The notes: generated from the letters alone by a model not told the origin. A stretch of DNA of 32,323 bases from Thermodesulfobacteriota bacterium (GCA_035454825.1 DATIGG010000192.1:1-32323), one strand, 5' to 3'. Counted from the stretch's first letter, positions 15,447 to 23,720 are shown. Made by a program: numbers and translations.

Positions 15447-16799
15447 ATGGAGAAGGGACCTCAAAACAAAGTGAATGGAACTCGGATGAGAGAAGAGGTT
15501 CCTTCCTTTGACTTTATGACCCATTCCATCCGGGGGCTTTTTGGGCTCACCGTCTTCTCAGGAACCTTTCTCGCAGTCCATTATATCCCTGCCTTTAGTC
15601 AGGCTTTCTCCTCCGTGGTGCGGCTGAATGAGGAGGTGCCGTTTGGTTGGATGGCCCGGCGCCTCCACGCTGCAGGAGGAAGCCTTTTACTGATACTGTT
15701 TTTGTTTCATCTCTTGAGGGTTTTCTACTCCGGTGCGTACAAGGTGCGTCCCCGTATTGCCTGGGTCCTCGAAATCCTGTTGCTCTTTTACGCACTCTGG
15801 ACGAATTTCACCGGATCGGTCCTTCCCCTTTCTCAGGCTGCGTATTGGGGAGCAACCACGATTCTTTCAAACGTTTCATCCTTGCCCTGGGTCGGAAGGG
15901 TGATCGTTGAGTTTATCAGGGGTGGAAAGGAATTGGGCGGGGCTGCACTCGTCCGGTTTTACAGCATGCACGTAGGATTTTCAGTTCTGATTGGTTTGTT
16001 TCTTTTCTTTTACTATCGAATGGGATTGACCGGGAGAAAAGAGGGAAATGGTGCTTCGCCAGCTCAACATTTTGCAGTCGTTTCTGCAGTGACTGTTTTG
16101 CTTCTGGTCCTCACTACATTTGCGCCTGGATGGTTTATGGATTCGCTCAAAGAAGCAGCCAATCCAGCCCTCAATCCGGAGCGCATCTCTTTCCCCTGGT
16201 ATTTTCTTTTTTTGACTGAGACCCTTCCTCTCTTCAGCGCAGCTTATCCGTTCTGGTCCCTGCTTCTACTGGTGATCGTTCTTCTCTTGCTCTTTTTTCT
16301 TCCCTATCTGGATCGGAATCCCGAGCAGGGTCTACTGATCCGCCCCTTTGCCATGGCCCTTGCGGCGGCTTTCCTGGTTGCAGGCATCTATTTCAGCCTT
16401 GTTGGTTCCGCGAATGCCCGTTACGGTCGAGGAGTAGTTGTTCCCAATGACGGCCTGTCTCCGGTTGGAATGCGCGGAGCAAGGGTATTTGCGGAGAGGA
16501 ATTGTGCTTACTGCCATCAGATCGCAGGTAAGGGAGGAAGGCGGCAAGGACCGGATCTGACTGTAGTCACCTGGCGCGGCCGTTCCCGGGACTGGATCCA
16601 GCGCTTCATCTATAACGCCCGACTTTACCAGCCAGGCACTGCCATGCCCCGCTATGAGATTCCGCTCGATGACCTGGAGGCCTTGAGCGCTTATCTTTTA
16701 TCCCTGGACCCACGGAAAAAAACTTTTAGAATGGTTGATCGAACCCATTTCATGGATGTGAGCTTTTATCTCGAATCTCAGGCGGAAGGAAGAAGATGA
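15447..16799 (+). CDS. cytochrome b (b + subunit IV equivalent) fused to a C-terminal monohaem class-I cytochrome c domain
   Basis: Helix-B motif RRLHAAGGSLLLILFLFHLLR, the RFYSMH helix-D start and a PEWY-region equivalent ISFPWYFLF. The C-terminal domain has CAYCH ... GPDL ... GTAMP. The stop overlaps the sdhA-like start (ATGA at 16796-16799). Confidence 0.85.
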   Translation: MEKGPQNKVNGTRMREEVPSFDFMTHSIRGLFGLTVFSGTFLAVHYIPAFSQAFSSVVRLNEEVPFGWMARRLHAAGGSLLLILFLFHLLRVFYSGAYKVRPRIAWVLEILLLFYALWTNFTGSVLPLSQAAYWGATTILSNVSSLPWVGRVIVEFIRGGKELGGAALVRFYSMHVGFSVLIGLFLFFYYRMGLTGRKEGNGASPAQHFAVVSAVTVLLLVLTTFAPGWFMDSLKEAANPALNPERISFPWYFLFLTETLPLFSAAYPFWSLLLLVIVLLLLFFLPYLDRNPEQGLLIRPFAMALAAAFLVAGIYFSLVGSANARYGRGVVVPNDGLSPVGMRGARVFAERNCAYCHQIAGKGGRRQGPDLTVVTWRGRSRDWIQRFIYNARLYQPGTAMPRYEIPLDDLEALSAYLLSLDPRKKTFRMVDRTHFMDVSFYLESQAEGRR

Positions 16800-18514
16800 G
16801 CAAGCTCTCCGTTCCTGTTGTTCAGACTGACATTCTCATTCTTGGAGCGGGTGGAGCCGGTCTCTGCGCAGCTCTTCATGCGGCTGATTACGGGAAGAAA
16901 ATTAAGATCTTGATGGTTACAAAAGCCATTATCGGCAAAGGCGGATGCTCGCGCATGGTCCAGGGAGGATACAATGTGGTTCTTAATCCGGCTGACTCCT
17001 TTGAGAAACATTTTATCGACACCCTCAAAGGAGGGCAGTTCATCAATGACCAGGAGCTCGCCTGGACCCTGGTGACGGTTGCCCCTCAGCGGATCAAGGA
17101 GATGGAAACAAAGTACGGGTGTTTCTTCGATAGAAACCCGGATGGTACCATCCATCAGAAACCTTTTGCCGGACAGAGTTTTGACCGGACGGTCCACAAA
17201 GGAGACTTGACGGGCATCGAGATTGTTTCCCGTCTGTCTGAACAGGTATTTCGCAGAGAGATTGATTATCTGGATGAGCACCGTGCCATCGAACTCCTTT
17301 GGGACAAGGAGGGAACCCGGATCGTTGGAGCCTTGCTTCTCGATATGGATCGGGGAGAGTTTCTCATTGCCCATGCCCGTACAACGCTGATCTGCACAGG
17401 TGGAGGGCCGACGATGTATAAACTCTTTGCTCCCTCCCTGGATAAGTCAGCCGATGGCATCGCTGTCAGCTTTCGGGCAGGCGCCGAGATGGTGGATATG
17501 GAGATGGTTCAGTTTCACCCGACCGGGTTGATCGTCAAGGGGTCGAATACCTCCGGGACTCTGCTGGAAGAAGGTCTGAGAGGCTCCGGCGCTCAACTCT
17601 TTAATGTTCTTGGAGAACGCTTCATGGAACGGTATGCTCCGGATGTAAAGGAACGGGCCACCCGTGATGTGGTCTCACGAAGCAGTTTCATGGAGATCAT
17701 GGCTGGACGGGGGACTCCAAATGGAGGAGTGCTCATCGATGCCTCTGTCATGGGTCCTGAACTTGTGGAAAAAAATTTCCCGGGGATGGTCGAGCGCTGC
17801 CGGGATTATGGGTATGACCTGGCCCATGAACGCGTGGAGGTTTCTCCTACAGGCCACTTCTTTATGGGAGGCGTGAAGATTGACATCCGTTGCCATACGA
17901 ATCTCGATGGATTGTACGCCGCAGGCGAGGATTCCGGTGGAGTTCATGGAGCCAACCGTCTGGGAGGCAACGGCATTGCCGACTCCACAGTCTACGGAGG
18001 GATTGCCGGAGACACGATGGCCAATGAGGTCGTGGAAAGAGACCTGCCTCCTTTTGACGAAAAACAGATAGAGGAGATCATTCGGCAAGTGGAGGCGCCT
18101 CTGGGTCGAGAAGGAGGAGATCTTTATCCTCTTCGCGATGCTCTGCGGTTGAGCAACTGGGAGAAACTGGGGATCATCCGGGAAGAGAAAGGTTTGAGGG
18201 AAGGGCTCCAGACCATTCAGGAGTTGAAAGAGAAGCTGAATCAGGTGGGTATCGCAGGGGGCCGGGCCTGTAATATCGCGTGGAATGACTGGCTCAATCT
18301 GCGCAATCTTCTCGATGTTTCAGAGATGATCGGCCGGTCGGCCCTGGAGAGGAAAGAGTCCCGGGGCGCCCATTACCGGAGTGATTTTCCTAAAAAGGAT
18401 AACAGGAACTACTTAAGGAATTTCTTCATCAAGCGAGAGAGTGGAGAGATGAAGGTCTATGAGAGACCTGTGAATCTGAAACGCATGAAACCGGAAGATA
18501 TCGGTTTTGAATGA
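16796..18514 (+). CDS. sdhA: succinate dehydrogenase / fumarate reductase flavoprotein subunit-like (non-covalent FAD type)
   Basis: 572 aa. N-terminal DILILGAGGAGLCAAL, FHPTG, EEGLRGSG, GERFMERYAP, RDVVSR and ESRGAHYRSDFP. At the covalent-FAD position (consensus S-H-T-x-x-A-Q-G-G) it reads GCSRMVQGG. Confidence 0.9.
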   Translation: MSKLSVPVVQTDILILGAGGAGLCAALHAADYGKKIKILMVTKAIIGKGGCSRMVQGGYNVVLNPADSFEKHFIDTLKGGQFINDQELAWTLVTVAPQRIKEMETKYGCFFDRNPDGTIHQKPFAGQSFDRTVHKGDLTGIEIVSRLSEQVFRREIDYLDEHRAIELLWDKEGTRIVGALLLDMDRGEFLIAHARTTLICTGGGPTMYKLFAPSLDKSADGIAVSFRAGAEMVDMEMVQFHPTGLIVKGSNTSGTLLEEGLRGSGAQLFNVLGERFMERYAPDVKERATRDVVSRSSFMEIMAGRGTPNGGVLIDASVMGPELVEKNFPGMVERCRDYGYDLAHERVEVSPTGHFFMGGVKIDIRCHTNLDGLYAAGEDSGGVHGANRLGGNGIADSTVYGGIAGDTMANEVVERDLPPFDEKQIEEIIRQVEAPLGREGGDLYPLRDALRLSNWEKLGIIREEKGLREGLQTIQELKEKLNQVGIAGGRACNIAWNDWLNLRNLLDVSEMIGRSALERKESRGAHYRSDFPKKDNRNYLRNFFIKRESGEMKVYERPVNLKRMKPEDIGFE

Positions 18515-18864
18515 GGAGAGATGACATGGCGAATGGGAAGGAATGGATCTTAAGACGAGATGTGGGGGACCTGCGGGTTTGGCGAAGAACGCTTCCTGGA
18601 ATGTGGGCCTGGCTGCTTCAGAGGGTTTCAGCCATCCTTATTCTCCTCTTCCTCATCCTCCATTTCTTCTTCCCTTATCGCAGACCGCTCCAGTTTTTAC
18701 TCCTCCTCGTGGTAAGCTTCCATGCATCTCTGGGGATACGGGTCTTTCTGATCGACCTGGGAGCCAATGTGAAGACCCAGAAAATCCTCTTTGCTGTCTT
18801 TGTGCTGCTTGCTCTGTTTGGACTTTTTTTTGTGTGGAATTATCTACCCTTTGGGCAACGATAA
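18511..18864 (+). CDS. SdhC-like three-helix membrane anchor subunit
   Basis: 117 aa. WLLQRVSAILILLFLILH and SFHASLGIRVFLIDLG resemble the SdhC signature (..H/Q-R-.-S/T-G and H...GIR....D.G). There are three hydrophobic helices. It is ATGA-coupled to the sdhA-like gene. Confidence 0.65.
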   Translation: MRRDDMANGKEWILRRDVGDLRVWRRTLPGMWAWLLQRVSAILILLFLILHFFFPYRRPLQFLLLLVVSFHASLGIRVFLIDLGANVKTQKILFAVFVLLALFGLFFVWNYLPFGQR

Positions 18865-19090
18865 AATCCGAAGCACGAAATCCGAAATTCGAAACAATAT
18901 CAAATGACCAAAATTCGAAATTTCAACAAGAATTAAGATCGTAAAGAATGAAAAGTGAAGAAGTGCGGGAAAATGTCCGAACTTAATCCGGCATCCGAAA
19001 TGATCCATCAAGAAATAAGTTTGGTTTGGAAATTGTGACATTTGAATTTTGGATTTGTTTCGAGTTTCGATATTCGGATTTCGAGTTTTA
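18863..19090. repeat. two inverted, imperfect copies of a ~60-nt A/T-rich repeat (cgaaatccgaaattcgaaac...)
   Basis: The left copy is 18863-18926. The reverse complement of 19026-19090 reads ctcgaaatccgaatatcgaaac...tcaaatgtcacaatttcc. The cgaaatccgaa..tcgaaac core matches at about 20 of 22 positions. The copies are separated by about 100 bp. Confidence 0.55.
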
Positions 19091-19110
19091 AGGTTAACTG
19101 ATGGTGAGAA

Positions 19111-19854
19111 ATGATTTTTACATTTAAGATTTTTCGTTTCGATCCTAAAAAAGACACTGCGCCCTACGAACAGGAATTCCGTGTGGACCTCGGGGAGGAG
19201 GAAAAGGTTACCGTCCTCGATGCCCTCTTCAAGATCCAGCAAACCCAGGATAAGACGCTTTCCTTTCGTTACTCCTGCCGGCTCGCCATGTGCGGATCCT
19301 GTGCCCTGGTCATGAATGGAAGGGAAGGATTAGCCTGCAAAACCCTCGTTAAAAACTTGGGGACCGGGCCTATATCGCTTAAACCCCTGAGCCACCTTCC
19401 CATCATCAAGGATTTGACGGTGGACCTGAAATTTCTCATCAACCGGCTTAAGAGATTGGAGCCCTATTTCATTCCTAAGTCGCCGTCTCCTGAACCGGTC
19501 CAAATCAAACCGACCTCGAAAGAGCGGCAGACCATTGGCTTAAATACAGAGTGCATCGCTTGTGGGTCCTGTGTCTCAGCCTGCACGATGATGCACTGGG
19601 ATCCAGACTATATCGGACCCATGGGCTTGAATCGGGCCTTCTGCCTGATTGCTGACTCCCGGGACATGACAGGCAGCCGACTTGAAAAGATCTCTGATGA
19701 AAATGGGATTTATCGGTGTCACATGGAGTTTAACTGTACCGATGTCTGCCCGAAGCATATCAGTCCTACCCGGGGCATCCGTCATTTAAAGCGCCTCCTC
19801 TTCTGGGAGGGGATGAAAGAGTTGATCCCGTTTCGAAAGGACAAGCACGAATGA
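19111..19854 (+). CDS. sdhB: succinate dehydrogenase / fumarate reductase iron-sulfur subunit
   Basis: 247 aa. The 2Fe-2S motif is SCRLAMCGSCALVMNGREGLAC, the 4Fe-4S motif is CIACGSCVSAC and the 3Fe-4S motif is CHMEFNCTDVCP. Confidence 0.9.
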   Translation: MIFTFKIFRFDPKKDTAPYEQEFRVDLGEEEKVTVLDALFKIQQTQDKTLSFRYSCRLAMCGSCALVMNGREGLACKTLVKNLGTGPISLKPLSHLPIIKDLTVDLKFLINRLKRLEPYFIPKSPSPEPVQIKPTSKERQTIGLNTECIACGSCVSACTMMHWDPDYIGPMGLNRAFCLIADSRDMTGSRLEKISDENGIYRCHMEFNCTDVCPKHISPTRGIRHLKRLLFWEGMKELIPFRKDKHE

Positions 19855-22800
19855 GACCGGGACGTAAAGCGGTGCTTTTGATGGCCGGTTTGATTTTTTC
19901 CATGACGGTTTCTTCTCCGGCCTTTGCCAAGACCGCGGGATATTGTCTGGAATGCCACCCTAAGAAATTCATAGAAACCTTTTATCATCATTTCGAACAA
20001 TCCAATGGAGATAGCCGAAACGTTTACCAGATGAAGTTGGACCCGTGCCCTGGTCTCCGTTCTCTCTCCGAAGAACTTTTCTTTACAGAAAGCCGGATCG
20101 TCAAGCTGAATCAGATTCTCAGGACCCTCGAGCAGGATGGATGGAGTACGGATGGCCTCAAGAAAGGGGTCGCCGAATCCGCAGGATCTTTTTCTGAATT
20201 GAAAGAGTACGAGAAGGTTTCCATCCAGCAATTTACAAGAGAGGCATCGGCTATCCGAACAGTCCTCCAGAAGGTTTATGATCGTACCCTCCAGTCCAGA
20301 GGCGAAACGAGCCGGCGTTGCCTGATCGGGCTTGGGGCTCTCTTTTTTCTTGGGCTCCTGATCCTCATCGGGTTGGGATATCGAAAACTTGGCCGTATGG
20401 GAAGATCTCTGCTCGTCAGTTTCGTCATCGGAGGGATGTTTTCCTTAACAGCCTGCACTCCTTCACCTTCAGAACGCGAGAAGAGCCCTGGCCAGGAACG
20501 TTTGGAACAGTCGCTTTCTCTTGCGACCGAGATAACCCGTCAGATGGAAGAGACTTTTAATCAGTCCTGTCTCCTCGCGGAGATGAGCCGGGAATGGTCA
20601 AAGATGGAGCCCGCGTCTGCCAAAAGAGGGTTCCAGCTTGCCTGGCATCTATCCATGGCTGCTCGTGAAAAGGCTGGCGAGATCAAGCCTCTGAAGGAGT
20701 TGGCCCTGCAATGGACCGATCGGTCAAAGGCTTCTAAAGAGAAGATCGATTCCGATACGGTCCTTGATTTGCGCGATGAGCTTTGGAATTCGGAAGGCCG
20801 TACATGGGCACTCCGGACCATCGCAGAGGAATGGGTCCAGGTGAATCCGAAGGCTGGACGTTCTGCCCTGGAATTGGCCACGAAAGAGGCTCTGGCGATG
20901 GAGGATCTTGAAGTCCGGGACCGGGAGCTCAAGTCGATTTCTGAGGCATGGGCTGGAATCGATGAGATTCGCTCCCTTGAGGTCTCTCACTTCATTAAGG
21001 ATCCTTTCTTAAAGGCCCTGACACTGGCCCGTGTTGCCCTCTCTGTAAACGGTAAAGACAAGGGCGGAAATCTTTTGCGGGAAGCCTGGCAGGTGGCTGA
21101 AAGCATTCCACCGTCTTATTCCCAATCGAAAGCCATGATTCAGGTTTCTGTCACTGCAGCCAAGCTCTTCCCTCAAGAGAAGAACACCTGGATGGATCGA
21201 GTCCTCCTCAGAATACAAAATTTGAAGCCGGAGCAATTGAAAGCGTTTGCACTCCAAGGACTGGTTTTTCATTGGGTCTCTCTGGATATCGAGCAGGCAA
21301 AGCGCCTGGCGATGGAGATTCCACCTGCGTATCCTGAAGAAAGGGCCTATGCATTGATCCACCTGGCAAAAAATAAAGGGAACTCTAAGGTCAAAGCCTT
21401 GACCCTGTTGAAAGAGGTTTCTGCGGAGATGGTCAAAATCTCTGATCCCTTCATAGCCCAGAAGGTGAAGGGATTGATCGCAAAGGAACTGGCCATTATT
21501 GAACCCCGAGAAGCTTTTCAAATCCTTCCACAGATTGAAGACCCTTTTTATCGTTCTGAAATCCTTGGAGCCTTGGCACTGAGGATTTCGAGCACGGACA
21601 AAAGGAAAGCCCTTGAACTGGCTGAGCGGATTCCCCTTGAGTTTTTTCGCATACAGAGCGCTGTTGCCATCATCCGTCAATGGATGGACCGAGAACAGGA
21701 AAGAGTGAATGCTCTCCATCAGGAAGCCTTTCAGGCGGCCACAACGATTGCGGATCCTTATTCCAGGGCCTTGATCCTGATCGAACTGGGTAAGAGCTGG
21801 GGCCGAATCGATCGAAGGAAAGAACTGAAGTTATTAGAGATGGCCCTGGGCTCGGCAGAGAAAATCTCATCCCCATGGATGAAGGCCGAAAGCATTGAGG
21901 CTCTCTCAGAGGCAATGAAGAATTCTGATAAGGCAAGGGCCCAGGCTTTAATCGATGGGATGGAACCTTCTGTCTTTCGCAGCCGCAAATCCTTGGAGGA
22001 AGTTCGAAGATGGGCACCTGTCGATCCAGAAAAGGCAAAACAGTTGGCTGAAGCGTTTCCACCCCATTTCCCCATGGAGAAGGCAATGGCCTTCAAAGAG
22101 GCTGCCGGAGGTTTCAAAAAAGGGCAACCTCTGTTAGCCTTCGATCTCTGCTGGAGGGCGATCGACCAGGTCTTGATGTTACCTGAGGAGCATAAGGGCA
22201 GAAAATTGCTATCTTCACTGGTCACAGAGGCCGCCAGACTCAACAAGGAAGGAACCTTGCAGAGACTTCTTCAAATCTCCAAATCAGACACGAGAGACAT
22301 TCTCCTCAAAGAAGCAGGGAGCTTTTGGGCCCAGGAAGATCCTTCCTTTGCCTTGAAAGCAGCCGGGGAGATTTTAGAAGGGTCCTTGCGGTTCGTTCTT
22401 TATCAGAAGATTGCCGCCCATGAAGCCAAAAAACTTTCACGTCCGGGAAAGTCTGGAACGGAACAGCCAGTCTCTCTCGCATTTTCCCAGTGGGGCTTGG
22501 GAAGAGAAAAAGCAAAGAAGGACGAATCGCAGGCCGTCCCCTATTATGAAAAAACCCTTCAAGAAATCAAAAAAATGAAGGACCTTAAAGAACGATCCTA
22601 TCTCCTTGGAGGTTTGGCTGCGGAATGGGCAACGGTCGACGAGGAAAAGGCCCTCAAGATCGCTGAAGAGGTCCCCTCCGAATTTTCCGAGTCTCTTTCC
22701 TTTAGCCTCTTACAGATTGGAATCCAGTTGAAAAAATGGAACCGGAAAGGAGCAGAGGCTCTGTTTCAAAAAGCTGTTTCATCGGCCGTTCAGATCCGGG

Positions 22801-23456
22801 ACCATAGACTTAGGGGCCGGAGGCTTTTCCAGATCGGCCACCAATGGCAAGGGATCGACAAGGGAAAAGGGAAAGAAGTCCTGATAATGGCTGAGAATGA
22901 AGTCCGGAAGAGCGTCTCCTCTCCTGAAAAAGGAGATCCCCTTCTTACAGAGGTGCTTGTCGCCCGATTGAGAACGGATCCTCAAAGCCTCTTAAAGATA
23001 TTTCAAAATACGGACCCACCCGTCCTTCGGGCAAAGGTCTTTCTCGAGCAGGGTAAGATCGAGACCAAAGAAGTTCTCGAAGAAAATATCAAGACCTTGG
23101 AAAAAGCCTTCCAATACGCTCAGAAAACAAAGCAGCCACGTCTCCTGAGGGAGGCTGCTCTTGCATGGTATGCTCTCGATCCTGACAGAGGGATTGAAAT
23201 GACGGGTCAGATCGAATCGAGAGAAATCCGGGTAAAGACCCTTTGCCAGATGGCACGAAGGAATGGTCCTTTGCGGGAAGAAGAATCGAAACATCTCCTG
23301 GAGAGAACTTTTCAGGAGGCCATCCTGATCCCCGGGCTGACAGAAAGGATCAAGGCATTAAAGGCGATTGCTGAAACGGGGATGGTTGTTGATAAGGAGC
23401 AAGCAAAAGCCATTTATCAAATGACCTATCGAATGATTGAAAAGACTTCGTTTTAG
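19851..23456 (+). CDS. 1201-aa monohaem c-type, membrane-anchored alpha-helical repeat protein of unknown function
   Basis: ATGA-coupled to sdhB. It has a signal peptide (..SSPAFA|K), a single CxxCH (CLECH) followed by YHH, a TM helix (CLIGLGALFFLGLLILIGLGY) and a second hydrophobic stretch ending in a lipobox-like LTAC. About 1000 aa of repeats follow, each centred on ..(I/L)A..W...D(P)..A..LA..IP... Confidence 0.8.
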   Translation: MRPGRKAVLLMAGLIFSMTVSSPAFAKTAGYCLECHPKKFIETFYHHFEQSNGDSRNVYQMKLDPCPGLRSLSEELFFTESRIVKLNQILRTLEQDGWSTDGLKKGVAESAGSFSELKEYEKVSIQQFTREASAIRTVLQKVYDRTLQSRGETSRRCLIGLGALFFLGLLILIGLGYRKLGRMGRSLLVSFVIGGMFSLTACTPSPSEREKSPGQERLEQSLSLATEITRQMEETFNQSCLLAEMSREWSKMEPASAKRGFQLAWHLSMAAREKAGEIKPLKELALQWTDRSKASKEKIDSDTVLDLRDELWNSEGRTWALRTIAEEWVQVNPKAGRSALELATKEALAMEDLEVRDRELKSISEAWAGIDEIRSLEVSHFIKDPFLKALTLARVALSVNGKDKGGNLLREAWQVAESIPPSYSQSKAMIQVSVTAAKLFPQEKNTWMDRVLLRIQNLKPEQLKAFALQGLVFHWVSLDIEQAKRLAMEIPPAYPEERAYALIHLAKNKGNSKVKALTLLKEVSAEMVKISDPFIAQKVKGLIAKELAIIEPREAFQILPQIEDPFYRSEILGALALRISSTDKRKALELAERIPLEFFRIQSAVAIIRQWMDREQERVNALHQEAFQAATTIADPYSRALILIELGKSWGRIDRRKELKLLEMALGSAEKISSPWMKAESIEALSEAMKNSDKARAQALIDGMEPSVFRSRKSLEEVRRWAPVDPEKAKQLAEAFPPHFPMEKAMAFKEAAGGFKKGQPLLAFDLCWRAIDQVLMLPEEHKGRKLLSSLVTEAARLNKEGTLQRLLQISKSDTRDILLKEAGSFWAQEDPSFALKAAGEILEGSLRFVLYQKIAAHEAKKLSRPGKSGTEQPVSLAFSQWGLGREKAKKDESQAVPYYEKTLQEIKKMKDLKERSYLLGGLAAEWATVDEEKALKIAEEVPSEFSESLSFSLLQIGIQLKKWNRKGAEALFQKAVSSAVQIRDHRLRGRRLFQIGHQWQGIDKGKGKEVLIMAENEVRKSVSSPEKGDPLLTEVLVARLRTDPQSLLKIFQNTDPPVLRAKVFLEQGKIETKEVLEENIKTLEKAFQYAQKTKQPRLLREAALAWYALDPDRGIEMTGQIESREIRVKTLCQMARRNGPLREEESKHLLERTFQEAILIPGLTERIKALKAIAETGMVVDKEQAKAIYQMTYRMIEKTSF

Positions 23457-23499
23457 ATGGAATTTATGAGAAAGAACTGGCTTGACAAAAAAATCAAAA

Positions 23500-23720
23500 C
23501 AGGTAAGTTTAAGTCCAAAATCCTCTCCCCTTCACCTGTCCCGTCTCATAGGGGGAAGGTGTGAAAAAATTGTATTGAGGCCCCGCTTTTAGCGGGGTGA
23601 AAACCGGGGTCCAGTTAGTTCGTAATGGCCTGAAATAAGCTGGATTCCGGCTTTCGCCGGAATGACGTGAAAAGGAACCGAATTGATTTTTTTCTCACCT
23701 TCAGGGGACCGGGGTAACGG
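23500..23720. repeat. cluster of REP-like hairpins
   Basis: ccccgcttttagcgggg (23581-23597). Also attccgg-ctttcg-ccggaat (23644-23663). The cccgcttttagcggg core recurs at 28429-28443. Confidence 0.45.

Noticed and set aside
16778-18088. Minus-strand ORFs 16778-17374 and 17675-18088 and small plus ORFs inside the sdhA-like gene
   Set aside because: Shadow frames of a strongly supported flavoprotein gene.
18844-19242. 132-aa minus ORF and 18543-18944 plus ORF across the sdhC-like / sdhB spacer
   Set aside because: They run through the A/T-rich inverted repeats and overlap real genes in other frames.
20276-23294. Numerous minus-strand ORFs (for example 21009-21719, 21670-22086, 21758-22246, 20561-20932) inside the 1201-aa gene
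   Set aside because: They are antisense shadows. The plus frame is uninterrupted for 3.6 kb and has periodic repeat structure and coupling to sdhB.
20397-23456. Treating the lipoprotein-like segment (MGRSLLVSFVIGGMFSLTAC, ATG at 20397) as the start of a separate gene
   Set aside because: No stop codon separates it from the upstream haem domain and there is no SD before 20397. It is reported as one ORF, with the possible fusion origin noted in the findings.
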